NCBI GenBank assembly: GCA_013239625.1
Contig: MU056277.1
Span: 1,528,076 to 1,592,075, forward strand
DNA: 64,000 bases
Source of the DNA: Lama guanicoe
Taxonomy: Eukaryota
Direction: 5' to 3'
Of this stretch, positions 56,854 through 64,000 are shown one piece after another (position 1 is the first letter of the stretch; the number at the start of each line of letters is the position of its first letter). The notes under the pieces were generated by a model, which was not told the origin of the DNA, made no database searches, and worked only from the letters and a program-made list of their open reading frames with translations. Position numbers and translations under genes: made by a program.

Positions 56854-59554
56854 CAGCAGCCTCCTTTTTAATGGCAGAGGGCTCGTGAGACCAGAGGTGA
56901 TGGCTGAATCATAGAACCACGTTCAGACGTCACATTCCCAATTTGTGATCGTATGTGACGCGGGACATCAACTGCCCAGTTTGATAAAAGGGTTAGCCTT
57001 AAACATAAATTTGTGCCTGGGACTAGAACCAAACACCTATGGGAGACAATTTTTAAAAGCCTACAGGGAGCTTCATAGCAAACCAGCAAAGACATCTAGA
57101 CTCAGAAGAAACCCAGCAGCACAGTTACTTAAACCCCACTCGAGCTGACTCTGCACTCGGTGTGCCGGATGCTCAGGACGGGCTGCGCTTGGGCCAAGTC
57201 CAGGTGCGTTTGTCGGAAAGAGGAGCTTATTAGCTCCGGACTGATTAGTGTTGGAGAATCCGCCAGCAGACAGGCTAGGGTTGTTGCGCATTGTGGGCCA
57301 CCGGCACATCTGCCCACCTCACGGCTCTGGGGGCCGTCAGGCTCCCACTCACTGAGCTGGTGGGGCTCTGAGGCCGTTGGCAGCAGGACCAGGACAGGTG
57401 GCTCTCCTGGATGGATGATACTTGGTACACAGTGACTTGGCCAGGTTTCCCCAGTGCCCTGCCCACGTGACAAGCGCAGCCCACTGACGGAGCGCCACTT
57501 GTGCCTGGGACCGCGCCGGGGTCTTCACCATCACGGCCGCCCCACGGGGCGGGGCCGTGCCTCCGTCATACAAGGGAGGCGACCAAGGTGGAGGTGACTG
57601 CCTGGTGACAGAGCCGCGTCCCCATAGCAGGGCCTTCCCTCACCTGCCCGGTCTGTTGGGCTCACCTGTTTCTGGAGCAGAACTCTCTCCCCTCACGGCA
57701 CCCCCACACCCCTGTGCCCCAGCCTCCTCACCGAGAGCCCTTGGGTCAGAAAACTGCAACTGAATTTGAGAATTTTTAAAAAATAAATGCTTTGTGTCCT
57801 ATTTGTTAACAGTTTGAAAGCTCAGATGCCACAGTTTCCTGGTCTTTTTCCCTCTTAGGCACGACGTGAGCACAGTGACCCTGGCACTTAGCACAACCCT
57901 CTCTCTCCAGCACCGCCACATCCAGTCCAGAGGGTCCCCTTCCACTCCTTGGGGCTCCGGCCCTCCGCAGGCCCGCCCTGCACAGCCGCGGGGCCGCTTC
58001 ACAGCAGTGACCATGCGTCTCGCCACCCGCCCTCCGCTCTCTTCATCAGCCGAGCAGGGATGCAGCCCCAGAGCCCTGAACTCTCCCGTCTGTGGCTGGG
58101 GTCCCTACCATGAGAGCTGGACCACAGCGCTCCCCGCGGCCGGATGTGTCACGCCGGCCCCGGGCTGCCCTGGCGTGCCTCCAGCCGCCCAGGTGGGCTC
58201 CCCCAGGGACAGTGTTCCCACGCAGCCTCCTCCGGTGTTAGGTGTCCGGTTCCCAGGGCCCCGAGCCTCTGACGGCTCCCACGCGGGCAGTGCGGGCATT
58301 CAGAGGAGCTGAAATCCATCGCATAATGAGTCCCATGTGACACTCACCTTTGAGGGGCCATGAATACAGCATTGTGCCCAGCAGGACCTGTGCCCAGTGG
58401 ATGGGCGGAGGCCCGCTGCACTGATGAGCAGTGCGGGGGCGGCCACGCCGGAAGATGAATGCGCCTCTGTCCCTCACACCGTGGCCCGGCACCTGCTGAA
58501 ACTAGACCTGGGCTGAGGCGCCGCCCGCGGCTGAGGACAGACGGTGGGAACAGAGCAGTCTGAGGTCCGGGCTCCCTGCAGCCAGGCCATGGGGTGCAGG
58601 TGGGGGCCGGGAGCCCAGCAGCCCAGCTCCCCGTTTCCCTGCGGGCAGGTGCATTTCCCCAGTAGGCTTCTCTTTTAACAGACACAACCCACTCCTTCTG
58701 GGAGAGACAGGGGCCCGCTGTTAAAACGGGGACGTGGGTGTTAAACTGAGGTCTGGCCCCCTCACCAGGCTGTGATATTAGGAATGGACTTTGCTTCTGG
58801 GGGCCACAGGGTCCTGGATGTCACCTGAGGGAGGGCTAATAAGATGAAGCAGACTGTCAGCTGAATGCATGGCGTGGGCTCAGAAACCCAACCGCAGGGG
58901 CCCTCCGCCCCAGCCCTCGGTGAGCCCAGGCAGCACGCAGGGCCGACGTCTGCGGTGTCTCCGAGGCCCTCGGGATCTGCCTGCAGCGTGGAGCCTGTGC
59001 GTTTATGTCGGTGTTGCCCGGCGTGAAGTGCGCATGGCAGAAAGGCCTCACCACATAACACCAGAGGTGAGCTTCCCGGAGGCTAAGGGGCTTGCGTGGG
59101 CTGTTGCCACATGGAACCCCGGAAACATGTTGGCAGGTGACTTCTGCTTTGACTGCGGTGACACTTGACCAACACGGTCCACTCTTTGTTCCTCTGTCCA
59201 GAAATGTAAGTCACCCATGGGCCAGCGTCCCCAGGACACACAAGGAGCCTGTCTAGGCAGAAGGGCCTCGGCCTCATAACCAGACCCTGGGTCACAAGTC
59301 GCCACAGCCCGTGCCCTGTGGAACCCCGAGTCCCCTGTGGGGAGCCACGACCAGGCTTCTCCCTCCCTGGGGAGGGGTCCAGGCCGCCCAGCCTTCGTTC
59401 TGCCTCCTCCAGTGCCCTACCTGGGCCTCGGCCTCCCGTGCTCTCCTGACCGTCAGCAGCCAGCTCCGGCTCACTGTGCCGCATCCTCCGGTCAGACGCC
59501 GGCCCGAGGATGCTCTGCTCCCCGCGGTCTCCCGTCCTTCTGCTCCTGGGCTGC

Positions 59555-59955
59555 CACAGCGGTTCCCTGGGGCGGCCCTGACAAGCACAGGGCGGCTCAA
59601 ACAGCAGGGATCTGTTCTCTGTCAGCTCTGGGGAAGCCTGAGGACAGGGTGGGCAGGGCTGTTCCTCCTGCGGCCGTGAGGGAGGGTCTGCTCCCTGCTG
59701 GCCCCCGGCTTCTGGTGGGGCTGGCCACCCCCTTCTCCCGATGTGAAAGCATCACTTGAGTCTGCCTTCATCTCCGTGTGGCGTTCTCGCTGTCAGGACA
59801 CCAGCCGTGTTGGATCGGTGCCTGCCGCCTCCAGCCTGACCTCAGCCTCGCTGGTTACACCTGCACCGACCCTGTTTCCAAATCCAGGTGCTTTCTGAGG
59901 CGCTGGGAGTGCGGACTTCAATACGAATTTGGGGGCACAGCTCCACCCATGGCGG
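59555..59955 (-). mobile_element. MLT1 (B/C-type) solo LTR
   Basis: tctgccttcatctccgtgtggcgttctc...ggttacacctgcaccgaccctgtttccaaat...ggacttcaatacgaatttgggggcacag. Confidence 0.85.
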
Positions 59956-62689
59956 CTTGGAGCTGCATTCCTAGTTCCTGGCTCTCCAGACCAGGGGGTC
60001 CAGGGTTGTTAAATTCCCTTGTTCATGTGCTCCTGACACCTTAGAAACCTCTGTAGCCACTCATCAGGTTTAAGACGGCGCTTACATCCATGTGGCACCC
60101 GGCTAAGCAGCTGCGCTGGGCACGCGCCCGAGCATCGCACGCTGGGGCTGCAGAGTGGAGCCTCGCAGTTGACCACCAGTGTTCACGTGCCCTAACCAGA
60201 ACACCCAGTCCCCATCAGCCCATCCAGACGCACCGCCTGCGTTCGTCAGGGTGGGGGGAAGCTCCCGTGACAAACGGCCCCAAGTCTCAGCACCCACACG
60301 AAGGGACTCCAGGCTCAGGCTGGATCCCGGGGCAGGGACATGGGTCCTCCCAGCACAGGCACGAGGCGCGTGGCGGAGGGGGTCCTCAGTGTGGGGTCAC
60401 GTCACCAGGCCAGGAGAGGAGAGCAGCGCCGAGCACAGGCGTCACGTACACACGTCCCCTCTGCTGCCCACAGTGGCCACGGCAAGTCGCGTGGCCATCC
60501 CCAACCGCAAGGGGGCGGCGAGCACACACCACGCAGATGCCCAGAAGGAGGAGAACCAGGATATCTGGAAACTTGGCTGACGATTGTCAGAAAAGTGATG
60601 ACGTCATTTTTAGTCCACACGTGTTCGTCCCCAGCCCCTTCATCTTCCCCGAATTCTAAGGCAGGGATGCGCTGAGGAGGCGAGCGTCACAGCCGGGCGC
60701 CTCCCAGGGTCCTGTGTGGCCCGGGGGCTGTCCCTCACCGGTCGTCCCTCTGTCTGGTGCCCTCAGGGTTTTGTCGCCTGGTGGTGGGACTAGGGCGGAA
60801 AGACTGACCCTGGACACAGAAGACCCAGTTCTGGGGGGAAGGCGACACCCACTTGTCAACTGGACATGCGGGCCCTGCTTCCTCCTGGCTGTGCCAGCTA
60901 GCCTCCCTAACTTGGGGGAGCTCCGCCCCGTGCTCTCCGGGGACCCCCATCCCACCTGCAGCAGCCCAAGTTTGGCCCCATCCTTGTCATCTGATGACAC
61001 GTCCCCTGACGGTCACCAGCATCAGCGCTTTTTCCGCACAGGAAGCCACACAGGGCGCTCAGTGTGATGCAGAGGGTGGCACGGGCTGGCTGAGGGAGGC
61101 CGGGACGCTGCGGACCCTGCCCCCGGGCCCCCGCCAGGTGCGCCGGCACAGCCCCGAGTTCCTGGAGTCACCTTCTAAAAACCAGCACACAGATCAGGAT
61201 TTTACGCGGCACACCTGGAGAAGCAGGTGCGGCTCCTGTCGGGTCACTCTACTCGCCGCGTAGACGGGCCGTCCGCGAACAGAGACGTCTGCGTCACTTC
61301 TGCCCGAGCCGTCCCCTGGGTGCTGTCATCTGGTCAGACTCAGGAATCTGGTGGTGCTTCAGGCCCTCTCTTGGAATAAAGGATTGTGTCAGCATTTCTG
61401 TCTGAATTCCTATTTTCAATGATTTTTAATGAAGCATCTTTTTAAAATGGATTCAGCTGTTGGAGCTATGCGGCCAAGAGAACAGATGAAATTGTTTGAT
61501 TTTTACAAAACATATTTAGCAAATTGTTGAAAGTATTGGCTAAACAAAAAATCTCATACATGAAATGTTGAAGTGATCAAGATGTTGGACTTTACAATCA
61601 TCTGCTTTCGCTAAACACTGCCTTTTTTCCCCACAAAGTTCAGTAAGGATTTTTAACATCATTTTACACATTATAAGTGCATTGCTCCGTGTTGTGAATA
61701 TTACGTCACTGCACGTTCTAATTACCTGATTGCATTCATTTACGTTAAATTCGTGATGAAACGTAATTTTGTGCTGGTTGAGTGACAGGCCTTGGAAACG
61801 CCGCGGTCGTGTTCCCTGCTGTGGTGTGTGAGGCTGAGGGCTGCCCAGACACGGGTGCCTGCAGCAGCAGTCAGACAGGCCCGGCCAAGAAGTCACAGGT
61901 GCTTCAACACACCAGCAGACAGCGAGGTGACGCGTCAAGAGGTAGCCCGTAACGAGGGAGGTGTTAGAACAAAAACCCCTGTTCCTGTGGCTTTGACCTT
62001 CTGGGGTCCTGGGCTATGCCTCGGAGTAGGAGACCGCTGTGTCTTCAAACTTGGGAAATTTTGATCTGTGTTCCAGTGACAGCTGCGTTACGGGAAGTCG
62101 GCAGCAGAAACCCTGCCTATGTTCAGACCAAGGGCTTTAAGTCGCAAGCATCCTTTCTTCTCATGCAACATTTCATAGTCTTTTTCCAAATTCCATCTCA
62201 TCTCTTCCCATCACCATAGCAACCCACCTCCTGTGCAAGCCTGGTGACGTTCTCAGATCAGCTAGGAGGGGGGCGTCTTAGCCGTGAATTTGGCCTTGAA
62301 TGACTAATTTTAGCTTCTTCTTGCGAACATCTAGCCTTGTGTGACCTTTCGGCAGCCACGTATCTGCAGTAAAAGGCTTCTTGGTGGATCTTGGCTTCCC
62401 TGGACATCTTGACACTAAAGATTGGTTTGAGTCCTCCCCTGTGGGTAGCAGAGAAAGATCAGGAAAAACCAAAACCACCTGCGTCTCATCTGTGACCTGC
62501 GAGGAGGGCAGGTTAGAGGCACGTCTAAGACAAGACAGGTGGGCCCGTCCCGCAGCCCAGGGCTGCCTGAGTTGGGGTCTGGGGGCGCCTCCCCGGGGCC
62601 TCCCGGAGCCCCTCTCCCCTGCGTAATTACTCACATGAAATAAAACTAAAGCCTTCCGCACCAAGAGGAGATGAATAAGGGTGTACCCG

Positions 62690-62850
62690 GGGCGCACACA
62701 CCTGAGCTGTGCATCAGGTTTACCTGGCAGACTTGTTAGCACACCGATGGCCAGGCTGCTCTGCCGGGTCCCAATGCAGTGGGTCTGGGGGTGCCAGGGC
62801 GTGCATGTCTAACAGGCCCCCGGCTAGGCTGCCTGCCATGCTGGCTGCGT
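62690..62850 (+). mobile_element. MER5A hAT MITE
   Basis: gtgcatcaggtttacctggcagacttgtta...cagtgggtctggggg...tgcatgtctaacag. Confidence 0.7.
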
Positions 62851-63789
62851 GGTGTCTCCTCCCTCGGGGTCTTCTGGACACATCATCGTGGCCCCAGACA
62901 GAGCTCTGCCCGCCTGGGGATCAGCACAGCGACCCAGGGCTGAACTCCCCCTGGGCCGCGCCTCCCCCCACGGGGTGGGGTGTCCCCTTTAATTCTGGTG
63001 GCAGCTTCTCATTTAGGAAGAGCAGTGAGGCCATGACTTTGGGGAAGAGGAGGAAAAGGTGTCTCTTCAGACGCCAATTTATAAAGCAGCCGCCAGAGAC
63101 CACGGGACAGGGGCCCCACTCAGTGGATCCAGCCCACGACGTGCTCACTCAGGGCAGGGACAGGAGGGACTCTCAGCGTCAAAGAGGACCCTTCCTCACG
63201 GACGCCCACGTGGAGACTTCCACGACCCACTCCAGGTCCAGGAACCGTCCTCCGTGGGGAAGAGTTACACCTGGGGGATAACATTCTTAAGCACAGCCTG
63301 CCCCGCGACTGTGTGGCAGCCCCTGGAGGAAGGGGACCATCGCTCTTCACTCTCACCTCGTCCCGAAGTGGGAGTCATCACTCTGCTCTTAGCTCGGGGA
63401 GGCAAGGTGCTCTCGCAGCCAGAGGCATCCCGCTGGGGTTCAGGATAAGCAGACCAGTAACCGTAAAAGTGCGCCACGTCTCTGGAGGCAGAGGGGCAGC
63501 GGGGGCAGGTGTGGCCCCTGCTGTGGAGTCGCAGGCACTGTTTTATGTTTTCTACATTTTTGGAAAGAGGCAGAGAAAAGATTCCAAAAACTTACTTGGG
63601 AAGCAAGTGATTTCTGGTAATATTAGCAAAACCACAGAGAATTGCCGGTTCACCAACATCAGTGTCAGTGCCCGCTTCCACAGTGACTCCTGCGGCCGTG
63701 CTGGGCGACGTCCCTCGTGAGGGGACCCGGTCTGTGCGCATCGCCGCCTCCGTGGTCACAGTTCTGTCGGCCGCCGTCCACTCCTGGGA

Positions 63790-64000
63790 CCGTTCCCACC
63801 GCGGGGAGGGCGGGGGCCCCGGAGTGCTCACCTCCCGTCGGAACAGCTGCTGCTCACGAGGACCTGCTGCGCAGCGCAGGGAGCCACTCAGCCTCTTGTA
63901 GTGACGCATAGCGGGAAGGACTCCGAAAAGAAATGTACCTGTGTCAGTGTGTGTGTGACTGAATCACTCTGCTGTCCCCCTGAAACTAACGCCGTGAAGC
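63790..64000 (+). mobile_element. L1 3' terminal fragment, strongly GC-converted, runs off the window
   Basis: gaggacctgctgcgcagcgcaggg...tcttgtagtgac...actgaatcactctgctgtccccctgaaactaac aligns with the copy at 43409-43489. Confidence 0.85.

Noticed and set aside
60505-60518. CTCF-like motif CCGCAAGGGGGCGG (also CCAGAAGGGGGCAA near 1542)
   Set aside because: These are imperfect matches expected by chance at this GC content.
63480-63780. MER58B-like element
   Set aside because: The resemblance is vague and the termini could not be identified.
1-64000. CRISPR arrays, operons or other prokaryotic/viral systems; naming the host gene
   Set aside because: The sequence is mammalian, no repeat-spacer arrays were seen, and no recognisable exon identifies the locus.

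Overview
This is mammalian genomic DNA, almost certainly from a camelid (camel, alpaca or vicuna). The evidence is a Vic-1-type tRNA-derived SINE at 2007-2136 and several camelid/artiodactyl-type L1 3' ends. The window is GC- and CpG-rich, like subtelomeric DNA, and has two scaffold gaps (5897-5991 and 35438-35593). I find no protein-coding gene I can recognise. The supplied ORFs are chance frames in GC-rich DNA or decayed L1 ORF2, so the window is most likely intergenic or inside a large intron. The content is mainly old eutherian repeats (L1M, L2, MIR, MLT1/MLT2, MER21, MER5A, MER20, MER53, MER63, MER82, ORSL-like) interspersed with AT-rich, non-repeat blocks dense in developmental TF motifs, which look like conserved enhancers. 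The most interesting signal is the apparent CpG island at about 5860-6510. It is the 3' end of an old, originally AT-rich L1 rewritten almost entirely by A/T-to-G/C substitutions, while the upstream part of the same element stays AT-rich. This looks like a CpG island created de novo by a focal GC-biased gene conversion hotspot, and weaker patches of the same bias recur in other repeats. Repeat family names come from consensus sequences recalled from memory, not from a database search.
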